64,000 bases of DNA from Octopus sinensis (lineage: Eukaryota): the NCBI RefSeq assembly GCF_006345805.1, contig NC_043006.1, forward strand, positions 9,734,001 through 9,798,000. The letters run 5' to 3'. Under the pieces are notes generated by a model, which ran no database searches, had not been told where the DNA came from, and saw nothing but the letters and a program-made list of their open reading frames with translations. Shown here in pieces: positions 23,375-36,960 of the stretch. A program made the position numbers and the translations under genes. Numbering within the stretch: the first letter of the stretch is position 1; every line of letters starts with the position of its first letter.

Positions 23375-23840
23375 ACGAGAGAGAGAGATGAAGGGAGAGG
23401 GAGAGGGAGAGAGGGGGAATTGATAGATAGATAGATAAACATACACATATATCTAGTATTCTTTCTGCACCTATTACTGCGCACTTTTTGTTGCAGACGT
23501 GCAGTTTGATCAATATTGAACGCATTAAAACCGATGAACATGGAAAACAATTTTAATCACTACACGCAATATATACATGTATGCATAAATAGATACAGAT
23601 GTGCGAGTCGATATTTATATGTTTGAGTGTGTTTGTGGTCGTTATATATTATCAAAAATGTAAACTGAATATGTTCAGCAGCATATTTTTATTCAAAGAG
23701 AAGGACAATGTAATTGGAAGATTTTAGTACAAAGGGTACTAACATTGCTTCATTTAGAGTACTAATTTCTTGTGTAATCTCTGTATATGATATAAGTATG
23801 TGTACAAATGTGTATATATAAGTATCTATCTATCTATCTC

Positions 23841-23933
<93 letters not shown>

Positions 23934-24838
23934 TTCTATATATATATATATATATATCTATATATATATATATATATATATGTTTTATATATATATTATA
24001 TATATATATATATGTATGTAGCTTATCAAGGAGACAGGCATTTGAATAAAGCATTTTAAAGAAGAAAATGATGGAAATGGATAAAAATATACGTACATAT
24101 GTTATTTTATATATATATATATTGATTTTCTGTAGGTAGAATCTGGCAATATGTGGATTCTGTTTGTGTTTCCTTGATAGTATAGAGCGTTTATTTGAGT
24201 AAACATTGATTGACGTAGCAATTTTGGATGGAGTAGGGTGGAGTTTGACATGATATATTTTATTAATCTGTAATATTATTGACAGGTATATGCTCGACGA
24301 ATTGATGTGGCAAGCTGCTCTCTCCTTAATAATTAATCTACAGGGTTCTCACCTATTCACTAGTTTTCTCCGCCATTCGTTTTGGCTCTGGATGTCTATA
24401 TCTTAACTATCATAACGCCATCAATGAACTATTTTGTATCAAACAAGCACAAGCGATGATGTCTGGAACGTGTCTATTTTGTATATACGTGGCAATGTTG
24501 GTTTCTATGGAATACTTGCGTTTAGAAAAAGAAGACACTTTTGGGTTTGTCGTAGCTTAGCCTATACGTTGTTAAATAACTTACTTTTGATATTCTCCCT
24601 GAGGATTATAGTGATTTTGAACATGGAATTTTATTACTGAAATTAAAGTATTGTGTATGGAAACAGCAGTAGATAGAAAAGTTTATGTATGAATTTGAAG
24701 GCTTTTAAATAATAATATCCGTATGTAAAGAGATTGATAGAATAAGTACTAGGCTTCCATAGAATAAGTCCTGAAGCGGATTTCTTCGATTAGCAATCTT
24801 TAAGCGTTAAGACGGTGCACCAGCATGGCCGCAGTAAA

Positions 24839-24906
<68 letters not shown>

Positions 24907-25270
24907 CTAGCAGTATCGCCCGGCGTTGCTCGGGTTTGTTTCGACCTTTTAGAATTGGAATTTTTGAAAAGTAAACATTTGCATTATGTAGCTTGTTATT
25001 CTCTTTAGATGAACCTTTTTCTTGTTCAAATACACCGAGAAAATGCGACACAGCAGTCAAAAAATCGTACAAAATAGGGATTTTCATAGAAAAAATTGCA
25101 CCTTTTTGATGTAAATAATTTTTCGTGTTAACATGGTCCGATTTGCAGTTTTTCTTATACGAAGGACGACCAAGCCTTCTTCTATCATACTCTCAATTTT
25201 GGAGGTAATGTTAGTTGAAGGGTACCAAACCTGCCATACATAGATAACTTCAGCTTTATATATATATACA
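24907..25270 (-). mobile_element. Non-autonomous Helitron
   Basis: Minus strand ends in GC-rich hairpin CCCGAGCAACGCCGGG then CTAG|T; 5' end resembles TC(TA)n; homologous to 40763-41132. Confidence 0.75.
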
Positions 25271-27268
25271 TTTCACTGTCTCTGTGTGTGATTATGTGTG
25301 TATGTATATGTGTACCTTCTCTTTCTGCGGCCAAACTGCTTGAGAAAACTGTACCAAATTTGGTATGAAGGTTTTTCATTACTCTGAGAAGGGTCTAGAT
25401 GGGTCAAATTTTTGTCCTTGCCCATTTAGGAGAAGTAGGCTTCACCCCTATACGACCCTTCCGATTCTATTCTTTTTTTTCTTTGTTTCGGCGGATTCCT
25501 GTTTTCGATAACGGACTTTCCAAATGTGCAAAATAAAACATGTCTTCAAAATTTTAAATTCCGCCCGTACCCTAAATTAAAATTGTTTTACTGTTTTCCA
25601 AATTTTTTGCATGCAACATTGCTGGATCAATCTGTACCAAATTTGGCATGAAGGTTTTTCATTACACTGGTAAGCTTCTGAGGGAAGGGGAGCAAATTTT
25701 GGCCCATGCCCATTTAGGGGACTGTACTCAATACAATATTTTTTTTCAGATCATTCCTATGTTTTCGATGACGAACACTCTTTATTACATTCTCATAAGT
25801 CATCCATTCATTCAGTTCTTTAGGCAATATACACTGTAGAATATATTTAAATTTATACGATAAACTTAATAAATTTTGAGGTTCAATATCTTCTGACATA
25901 AGTTAGAGATATCGACATGAGTTATTCAAATAATGGTCGTTGGATGGACTTAATGAAGTTAGCTAAAGTACACTCGACATTTCATATTTAAATCCAATAT
26001 GACTATTTCTACTGTGACAGGAATTAGAAAATGTTATATCTTGATAAACTTCCAATACATATTTTGGATATTTTTGGAACAACTTGCCTTATATTTGACA
26101 TTTCCCATTAAATTCGATGTGAGTAGTTATTCTTGGAGATAGATTACGAAATATTATACGCTGATAACTTACATTATTTATATTTAATATTCTTGGAGCA
26201 ACTCGACTTATTATCAATGGATATTTCTATTTCAAACCATATGTGAGTAATTATACCTGGATAGAGATTTTAAAATATTGTATACTGATAACTATCATTA
26301 CATACTAGCCGGCAAATGTGTGAAAGGGGGCACGCCTTCCCTCCCAGAGGGGGCTGTGGCCCCTTCTTACCCTTTCCTATAACCTTCTCAATTATACTAG
26401 AGGGTAAACAGGAAAAGGGTTTACAAACCACCCCTTCCAACCTCCTCCTCCCCTCTCCTGACTATTCCCTCTTAACCATCCTGTTACTCACCCTCCATGG
26501 AATTCTATCGTTAACTCGAGAGAAGTGATTGAAAGAGAGAAGAAAGCGATAAGCAGACATTTGCTTTGTAGTGCGAGTAGAAAGTGATAGATGGACGTGT
26601 GTGTGTGAGAGAGAGAGAGAGAATGAGGGAGAGAATGCGTGTTATTATGTATAAGTGGCATTTTCTCTGTCACCCACTCTCTCTCGCTCTCTCAATCTCT
26701 CTCACGCACATGCACACATATGATAAAGATGTATACATATGTATTTATGTATGTACGTGTATATGAACGATAAAGTGGGTATGAGAGTGTTTCACTTACA
26801 CATACATACAAAAATATATTCATACACACACACCTTCACTTTCTCCTCTCACATCAAAGCAAATGTCGCCGTCCAAAGAAAGTAAAGAGATAAAAAGTTT
26901 TTTTACGGAATTCTACGAACAATCATATCCCATATGATCGAGTTTCATAACTGTGCTGCTTGTAGCGAAAGAATACCCCCCCCATAAAGACCCATGTGCA
27001 TATTAGACATTGGAAAGGGTTACATGCGAGGTCATGTACCCTACACGAGCCAAGTTAACTTAATTTCTCTTGCAAAAGAATGGGTGGCAGTTTCTCTCTT
27101 TTTCAGTATTTAATTACAAGAGATAATATATTGTTACCAAAAACGTTAAAACTTTACTAGCTTCAACGATCTGTCACTGAACCAGGATTTTGATTTCATT
27201 TGATACACACTTTGCTATCATTTATATGGAGAATTCCCACTGCAACTCAAGCGTCCCTGTGTGAGATG

Positions 27269-27450
27269 GTACCAACTCTAAATGATCTCAAATTACATGT
27301 GTTCCCAAACATTCACAAAACTTTAGCAACACTTAATGTCTATGTGAGCGAGCCATCTTAGCTCCATGTCGTGACGCTGGTCGCCAAAATAAATTGGGAT
27401 CATTTGCAGCTGTCGCCAGGAGAAGAAACGTTAGCAAGCCCTTCCATACA
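27269..27450 (+). pseudogene. Decayed Helitron (PIF1-like) helicase fragment
   Basis: VPTLNDLKLHVFPNIH, then (frameshift) LCERAILAP at 27340-27366, then KIN...PGE; matches recalled VFPN / ERAILAP / IN / PGE series of Helitron helicases. Confidence 0.65.
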
Positions 27451-27599
27451 TGCCCTCATACATTTATTTTCAATTTCATCCCATCTGGCTTCTAACATTT
27501 CTTTATTTCTTTCTGCAAAGATTGAAGGAAACAATGAATCAAAGTAAGATATAAACAAACAAACAAAGCAAGGAAGGAAAGAAGGAAGGAAATAAGGGT

Positions 27600-28100
27600 C
27601 TTTTCAGGGGTGGTTGAAAGGGCTCTGTATTTAACCCCAGCACTGATTAACATATTCCTCACTATAAAATCAAACTACCAACACTTACAAAGCTCCAAAA
27701 TGAAAAGTCTGATTCATGAAATCTTTATACGAAACAGTAACCGTCAGACAAAAATAATCTTTACAAAAAACATGCCACGAGGGCAAAATTCACATCAGAG
27801 TTTCCGAGAAGGACTGTAGAGATAACAGATGTGGAATGCGTAACAGTAACTTCAGATATTTGTACACCGGTTCCTACATAAAATTTCATTGTGAATTCTC
27901 CTTGCAAGTAAATGTAGATATGAACTGCAAGACACAGAATCTTATACACTGCATTGCCTCCCACAATACAAATAAAATAATATTAGCAAAATCAAAAATT
28001 CCCTTTGCCAAAATGCAAGAATCCGCTGATAACATATCAGACAAAAGGCACCACGCAAGACTGAGCCGAGTAAGAGTCGGTAAATGTGTAGAAAAATAGA
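27600..28100 (+). pseudogene. Decayed Penelope-like GIY-YIG region
   Basis: NSNRQ, TRAKFTS, RCG...Y TGSYIKF...VNVDMNCKTQNLIHCI resemble the linker and first GIY-YIG strand; the YIG motif itself is not preserved; pLTR remnant of the 60105 family follows at 28370-28410. Confidence 0.5.
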
Positions 28101-28472
28101 TTCAAAATATTTCCTTTCAACAAATATTGAAGAGATAACGCATTCGACAGCTGGGTAACTTGACTACTGACTAAAAATACAATACAATTTGAACCAGTCC
28201 TGAAAAAGACAACTTTCTCCTTGTGTTTTTCTTTCCTCCACTCTTTCTTGCTTTTCTCCTTTTATCTCTCTCCCCAAACATGACTCATGATAATCATTAC
28301 TCACACACGCACATACATGGACACATGCATTTTAACACGTACACTCACTCACAGCTGTTTCTGGGGTATCCCATAAACAGCTGTAAGACTGATTTTTTTT
28401 TCAATAATAATAATGTATATAACCTGATATGTTTACCTTGCCTCAACGTTTAAGTGTTCATTAACAAATATA

Positions 28473-28703
28473 TACTCTTTTACTCTTTCTCTTTTACTCT
28501 TTTACTTGTTTCAGTCATTTGACTGTGGCCATGCTGGAGCACCGCCTTTAGTCGAGCAAATCGACCCCGGGACTTATTCTTTGTAAGCCCAGTACTTATT
28601 CTATCGGTCGCTTTTGCCGAACCGCTAAGTGACGGGGACGTAAACACACCAGCATCGGTTGTCAAACAATGCTAGGGGGACAAACACAGACACACAAACA
28701 CAT

Positions 28704-28734
<31 letters not shown>

Positions 28735-28905
28735 CATATATACGACAGGCTTCTTTCAGTTTCCGTCTACCAAATCCACTCACATGGCATTGGTCGGCCC
28801 GGGGCTATAGCAGGAGACACTTGCCCAAGATGCCACGCAGTGGGACTGAACCCGGAACCATGTGGTTGGTTAGCAAGCTACTTACTACACAGCCACTCCT
28901 GCGCC
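28473..28905 (-). mobile_element. Full-length tRNA-derived SINE with internal microsatellite and LINE-like 3' tail
   Basis: Head GGCGCAGGAGTGGCTGTGTAGTAAG; internal (TA)/(TG); 3' GGCGGTGCTCCAGCATGGCCACAGTCAAATGACTGAAAC followed by (AAAAGAGT)n-like tail. Confidence 0.92.
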
Positions 28906-29533
28906 TATATATAATTGTTAGAGTTTCTTTGTTTAAGTTGTTGACTGCTGCCATGATGCCTGCTTTCAGGTCATTTTTGTTGCTTTGTTGATCTCTTGCC
29001 CAACTGCACCCCACACATAATAAAGGGAGTTGCAGTCTGGGGAGTTAGGTAACAGGATGTGTGGCATGTTGTAGAGTCCTATTGCTAGACAGTGTCTTCC
29101 AGCAGCCACCCTCTTGGCCAATGGCAGCGCTAATTCCTCAAGTCACTTGATGTAGGCCTCCGTGTGAGTTTGAGGCCGCGTGGGAGGATGAATAGAGGCA
29201 TAAAATCGTCATCACTATAGTCCCTCCAAACACCATAATGTTGACTGGATGCTTGATTTTTGTCACTCTTTGTACATGTTTTGGGGACTCAGTTAGACAT
29301 TCAACAATCTGAAAAGTTCGAATTTCAGCTACCAGCGCGAATGCAAAGCCGCACAGCATGACTTTTCCAAATTTCTAGCAGAGAAAATTGCGTCATGGTG
29401 ATCTTTTTCTCAACACACAGACGTGCAAAACTGACCCTAATATACTGTGCAGACGACAAAATCTAAAACAAACAATGCGCTATCGCTAAATAAAAAAAAG
29501 GCAAATTGGTGACAATTTACCCTTTGCACCCTG
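28906..29533 (-). mobile_element. Decayed, internally deleted Tc1/mariner element (maT/DD37D-like)
   Basis: KHPVNIMVFG, TEAYIK*LEE...KRVAAGR, PNSPDCNSLYYVWGAV, LKAGIMAA..NLNKET across frames; candidate TIR end CAGGGTGC at 29526-29533. Confidence 0.75.
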
Positions 29534-29565
29534 CACACACACACACACACACACCACACACACAT

Positions 29566-29620
<55 letters not shown>

Positions 29621-29639
29621 ACATATTCAAATATTATTT

Positions 29640-30720
29640 TAATAATAAAGTATAAAATCAATAATAATTTTACGAGGTAGCCAGTGAGGAAATAACAACC
29701 TTATACCTAAATTTTACAAAATATTTTATAATTGTATACATAATTATTACAAGGGGTCGGCTTTATGCCTCACCACGCAACGTAACAAATAGATGCAAAA
29801 GTCTTTTTTACTACCTTAAAATTTCCGAGAATAACACTTTTTATTGTAGGCAAGCAAGACAAAAGTATATATATAAATGAATCAATAAGTCTGGTTAACT
29901 ATGAACGCGTTTCGAACTTGAAGTAAGATAATTTTACTTAATTTTACTCTTCAGCATAGTATCTCATATACGTTCACGAGTATTTCAAAATATGCGTACG
30001 ATCAGCGTCATCGTATGTCCAATATCTATCCACACTCATAAAAATGTACTGCCGAGTATGATTCATATCTTTCTTTTATACCTACGTGTGTGTTAAAATC
30101 TAGACAGCAGTAAATGCAACTGCGATCATGGAGTGAATTTATTAAAATATTATTTTAATAAAAATGATAAAATCAGTAATTTTACCAGGTAACCAGTGCG
30201 GAAATAAAAAAAAAACAACTTATAGCTATATATTACAAAATATTTTATAAATATAGACATAATTTATGACAAGGGGCTGACTTCATGTCTCACTACGCAC
30301 CGTAAAAATAGTCGCTAACACATTTTTACCTTAAAACCTCCGAGAATAATACACTTCATTTTAGGTAAACGTGGGTATAAAAGAAATATATGAATTATAC
30401 TCTGCAATACATTTTAACTAGTGTGGATAGATATCTCAGATACAATGACGCTGATCGCGTGCATATTTTGAAATACTCGTGAATTTATACGAAATAATAT
30501 ACTGAAGAGCAACAGCAAGTAATGCGTCCATAGTTAATCAGCCTTAGGGATTCAAGAGTTTCCTTGTGGTTGCCTAAAATAGAGTGTGTTATTCTCAATG
30601 AGAATAGTAGTAAAAAAGACTTTCGCGTCTATTTCATACGGTGCATGGTGAGGTATAAAGCAGACCCCTTCTTATAATTATGAATATAATTATAAAATAT
30701 TCTGTATATACATATGTGTG
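29640..30720. mobile_element. Three copies of a ~400-bp hammerhead-bearing unit (two minus, one plus)
   Basis: 29640-29880 ~ 30165-30400 (direct); 29890-30050 ~ reverse complement of 30420-30545; 30545-30720 ~ reverse complement of 29715-29860. Confidence 0.75.
29898..29960 (-). ncRNA. Hammerhead-like motif
   Basis: ACTATG-CTGAAGA-(34 nt)-GAAA-CGCG-T-T-CATAGT: perfect 6-bp stem I, palindromic ACGCGT stem III; stem II base poorly paired. Confidence 0.6.
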
Positions 30721-30768
30721 CATGTCTATTTGTGTGTGCGTGTGCATTTGTGTGAATCTCTCTCTCTC

Positions 30769-30844
<76 letters not shown>

Positions 30845-30846
<2 letters not shown>

Positions 30847-31004
30847 CACTTTGATCACTTTGACCGACCAGTCCGTCAGGCGTCCATTTGACACCGCTGA
30901 TCACAGCACGCTGTCCACTCCTCTCTGGATCGCGCCTTTCTCATCCACGTGATCCCAATCGACCTCTTGAAATCGTCAATCCACCGTCATGGAGGTCTTC
31001 CGGG
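30845..31004 (-). mobile_element. RTE-clade LINE 3' tip
   Basis: GRPP*RWIDDFKRSIGITWMRKARSREEW; tail (CAAAGTGAT)2; (TA)n both sides. Confidence 0.75.
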
Positions 31005-31416
31005 TATATATGTGTATATATATATAAATGTATGCGAAAAGTCCTGTACAAGACGAAAAAAAGTATCACACGCAAGATGAGGGAACCTGTAAAAAAACAT
31101 TATATATTATTCTTTTCTGTCCTTATTTCTCTCTCTCTTGTTCCCGTATACTATAATAAGTCTGTATGACCAAACTTTTAGTGATCCACATATTTTATAT
31201 TCTTCGGTTTCCATATCTGGGTATTATCTACACCTATCTTTGAATTTTGTGAGCATTGAATGACTTCACATCTAACTTGAACAATTAATCCTTTAAACAT
31301 ATTTTTTACATCGCAATTTCAAATTGTTAAAATCCCATTCTTCTATATACACTTGACAAACACTTGACAAACAAAATATTCTTGAAACAAATTTGGTATG
31401 TATGTAAATGTATATG

Positions 31417-32416
<1,000 letters not shown>

Positions 32417-32952
32417 TGTGGTCTACTCTAGCCCCTTGTTAGTTGATTGTAATTATGCTACATTTAATTTTGTATGTAGTATCTGTTTCCGTGAAATTTG
32501 GCGCGCCGTGGCAGGGGCACTTGAGTTATAACAGCGAATGCAATCGACTGCTCTGCACGTGTGTTTATCGTTATGGTGAAATCTAGCGTGCTGTCGAGTA
32601 AATTGTATTCTGGACGGGTTCGGCTGAAGAGCTACAGATACATGTTATGTGAGTAAAATTACATAATTTATTAATAGCCAAACAATTGTCCTGAACTAAT
32701 CTGCATTTTTGTTATGTTTATTTGCCCTGTTCGTTTGCGCTAGTAGTCGTGCTAACTTTCATCGGAAACAATTCCTTTGTGGCTGAAACCTAGCAGATCT
32801 ATTTTTAGTGCTAGATTAGACCACATGGTGGTTACTCTCTTATATTTATGTATAAAATTTATCGTAATCCGGGTTTTTTATGCACTAAGCCACTTGCTGT
32901 TAAATGGATGTACTATTAAATTAGTATCCAATTTTCTCACCCTTGTTAGTTG

Positions 32953-33000
<48 letters not shown>

Positions 33001-35411
33001 GGAGACTTGTCGGGAAACGCTAGAACAATGCGATTTATAAAACAAAACAAACTATATTTGTGGTATTAAACTATATTCTGGGGCACGTGGAAAGGCGAAA
33101 TTCGTTGCCCAGGTGTGTTTAAGATCAAGGTGTCTTGCACGGACTGGTGTTGTTATAGTAACTAGTCTTCGTGTAATTGTTCTATTGTTTATGGCTGGTC
33201 TCAGATTGTTGTTAAGGAAGACACGCATGCTTGCCTCTGTTGTAGTGAGTGGCCCTTAAACCGCTCATTGTGGCACTTCTTTAAGATTTTTCGATTAAAA
33301 TGTCTTTGAGTTGAAGGTTCTTTTTTTATATTAACATCCAATTTCTTGGTGGTGTTCACTATGTATAATTTTCTACATTTACTCCAGACTATATCGTATA
33401 TCACATATGTTGTCCACCACAGTCTGAGGCCGTTTTGAGGGCAATTGGATAGTGGATACCGCTCGATGTGGTACTCGTTCAAGACAGTTATTTCCTCAAG
33501 GATGGGCCCATCTGTGGGTCACATGTTGTATAACAGCATTGGTCCCGTCATTGAAATAGAGAAGCTTACGGAAGCACATGTCAGACTTGAGATTATGGAC
33601 TATCGTATGTAGTGTACACATTTTAGCAATTTTGGGCGCAGTTGTTTGGCTAAAATCGGAGGATAGCTGTTGCATCAAGTACTTGAGAATTATATTATAT
33701 TGTGAGAAGAGTGTTTGATACAGATAAATAGGTAGATATAGATATATTGACAAATGGAAAGAGTAAGAGAAGTACTTAATACGCAGTCATAAATACTTAT
33801 ACATACGTGTGTTTGTGAATGTGCATGTGTGTACGCATACAGGCACATATGTATATGTATTCATAATCTTTCAAAGAACCACTCATACCTATATGATTGC
33901 AAAATAATATTCTTTCACTATACTTAATAGAGCAGACCTTTTGTTCGAATAAATATCTTCTGTGTGAAAATGTATTTAGCAAAAGGAATGCAGAAAATTA
34001 TTACAGAAAATCATTTTATGTTTTATTAATTGGACTTTACCTCTAGAAATAATGGGCAGCTCTTTTGAGTCATTGTTCTCAAAAATCTTCGTATTTATAT
34101 GCACATAATCAAGACAAAGTTCTCGCAAAGTAGATTTTATTTGTATATTACCATTTTATTTTCGTTCTTATTCCCCTAGAAAAAGAAGCGAAATTCAGAA
34201 TATTTCATAATTTGTAAACCTCGTTGCCAAATATTCTTAATCCGAATGTTAGAATTTGCTGTTAATATATACATAGTGAAGTGAAATTCTTTTAAGGTTA
34301 TAATTTCGAAACGTAATTATTGCTTACTTCGCTCAAGACAGTTACGCCTCCTCAAACATTTATGCGTTCGAAAATCATAGACAGAAAGATAAAAAAAGGA
34401 GGGAGAGAGAAAGAGAGAAAAGCTATTCAGAATGTTATTTAGGACTGGGCAAAATTAATTTTGTGGCACATATGTGAATGAAAGTTTGGTGGTTCACATG
34501 ATGTCATCCACTACTTTTTCCGAAGTTAATATTTGCTACACAGTGATGAATGATGCTGGTTGGAAATAGATTTTGTTTACACTATATGCTGCTGTGTTAC
34601 GACTGCATTTTAATCTCACTTTCCGTCTGATTAAGCAGTGGTATAATAAAAGGAATTTCATCTCCTGAGTAATTATTCCCCCAATTAACGCGGTGCAGAT
34701 TTGATCCTGAAACGCCCTGATGAGTATCCATGTTAGTATGTTAATCATGTACCAGTCAGATGTGAATGACTGTAAACGTAGAACCAGGACCAATGTGCAT
34801 ATTATTTGGTCTATTCTAAATGGAATAGAAAACAATACCATTCTCTCTATATAAGTATATATAAATGGCTTTTCAACTGTTTTACAACACTTATTTTCGC
34901 GACATTCTTCACTTGCTTTTCCTGCCAAACACAGTCAAAACTTCCCAGATTGATCTTGCAGTATGATTTATAAGGAATCGGTATCTATACAAGAAAAGTT
35001 ACACTAACTTCAAAGATTTCTATATATTTCTTAACACAGAGGTTTTCATAAGTATGACAAGTAATATAGCGTTAATTTCTGTGTTTGATATTTCTTCAGA
35101 AAGAGAGGTCAATAATTATATAACGGAAGCCAAAATTTGAAAGCAATAATCATATAACGGAAGCGAAGGCCTCAGAAAATATACTCGCAAATGTCTACAT
35201 TATGAAGCAGAGCGAAATATACTAGTTTCACTCACTGGACGCTAGCACTGGTGAAACATTGCCTACAGCGGTGTGGTCGCTCATATGAATATTTTAAAGA
35301 ATACAGTGTATAATTCCGATAAATAAATCTGTGTATATACATGTCTGTGACAGTTCCTGAGACTACATCACATACTCTCACTCTTTCTCTCTCACTCTCT
35401 CTCTTTCTCAC

Positions 35412-35463
<52 letters not shown>

Positions 35464-35499
35464 GTGTGTGTGTGTGTGTATGTACACATATATTTATAT

Positions 35500-35670
35500 G
35501 TATTCTTTTATTCTTTTACTTGTTTCAGCCATTTGACTGCGGCCATACTTGAGCACCGCATTCAGTCGAGCAAATCGACCCCTGGACTTATTCTTTGTGA
35601 GCCTGGTACTTATCCAATTGCTCTCTTTGCCGAACTGCTAAGTTTCGGAAACGTAAATACACTATCATAA
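35500..35670 (-). mobile_element. 3' fragment of the 28473-28905 SINE family
   Basis: TTTTACTTGTTTCAGCCATTTGACTGCGGCCATACTTGAGCACCGC...AGCAAATCGACCC...TTTGCCGAAC. Confidence 0.8.
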
Positions 35671-36589
35671 GCTGTCGAGTTTTCTTCGCAAAGATATTGG
35701 GGTGGTTTGCCATTTGGCTTCCTCAAATGTTTGGCAGTTAGTTGGCCCATAAGGAACTCATCTATACTTCGATCGGTTATGTCTGTAGTCTTTTTCAATG
35801 TCCAGGCACCTTTCCTCACAAGCCACTCGAGTAGGGGAGCAGAATTACTTGTCGATCACTCGGACAAGTACCAAAGAGTGTTTGTTTACATGGTTCTGTA
35901 GCGACATCACCGAAACGATTCTATAGTGGCACTAATCCGTCACATTTGGTAAATGCGAATCTGATTTAGATTATCTTTCGAAGAAAACCCAAGCATGTCT
36001 ATGGACTCACACCAATCTTTTGTTACAGACCCATTGTACAAGTGCTAAAATATACAAAAAATATAAATTTGTATATAATGTCTGTACGTTATAACATATT
36101 ACTTCAATAGACGGTCCACATCCAATTTTTAATGAAACATTCATATAGGCTGAGGTTTCTCTCCATAGAATTTTCATGCATTGCGATGAATTATAGCAAT
36201 TTGGAATGTTACACGAGTATTATTTACTTTTAAGATTGTGGATACTGCCAGATACCGAAGTGAGATGTTGTACGTCTTTTAGTACGGCCATCTAATTGCC
36301 CAATATTTTTCAAAGTGTATCAATATTCGCCAGAGAGTTCTGATTGATTTTTCGCCGAATATGTTTGACGATTTCAATGTTTATTTCGCCATCTGTTTAT
36401 GAATATTAGCTGTAACGCAATAGAAGTTGTCATTTCGTATCCAAAAACAGAGGATCTCAGTTTGTGCTAGGAGTTACCCATCAATCTGATCGATTGCAGA
36501 TAACAACAAATCAGTAGAATTATTAGTGGTTCGTCTCTTAGACTTTCTTTCATATAATAGTTTATTGATAGCAGGCGTAACTTTGGTAA

Positions 36590-36960
36590 GAAACTTGCAT
36601 CCAATCTACTTAGTTTTGGATTCAGCCCCATTGCGTAGCACATTGAGCAACCTTATACGTAAATTTTACTACAGCCTCGAATAGACATGGCCTTGTGAGT
36701 GGCTCTGATAGACAGAAACTGATAGAAGCTTGTCAAGTGTCTGTATCAGTGTATGTGTGTGTGTGTATATGTCTGTGTGCGCGTGTGTGTGTATGTTTGT
36801 TTCTCCTGCACCACCGCCTGACAACCAGTTGTGTTGTGTTTACGTCCCCCAAAATAGTGGTTCGGCAAAAGAGACCGATGGAATAACTACCACCCCGATT
36901 AAATAATTAGCAACGGTGTCGATTCTTTCGACCGAAATATATCAACGCGTTGCCCCATCA
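36590..36960 (+). mobile_element. Decayed full-length copy of the 28473-28905 SINE family
   Basis: GCCTTGTGAGTGG...AGACAGAAACTGA, internal (TG)n, GGTTCGGCAAAAGAGACCGATGGAATAA. Confidence 0.65.

Noticed and set aside
24100-24600. Possible decayed Penelope GIY-YIG region on the minus strand
   Set aside because: Similarity (ETNIA...HVP) too weak to call by eye.
32501-32520. TGGCGCGCCGTGGCAGG as an LTR-retrotransposon primer-binding site
   Set aside because: Could not match it to a tRNA 3' end from memory; no upstream LTR ending in CA and no gag/pol motif downstream.
34536-34928. 130-aa minus-strand ORF
   Set aside because: No recognisable domain or splice context; probably chance or decayed repeat.
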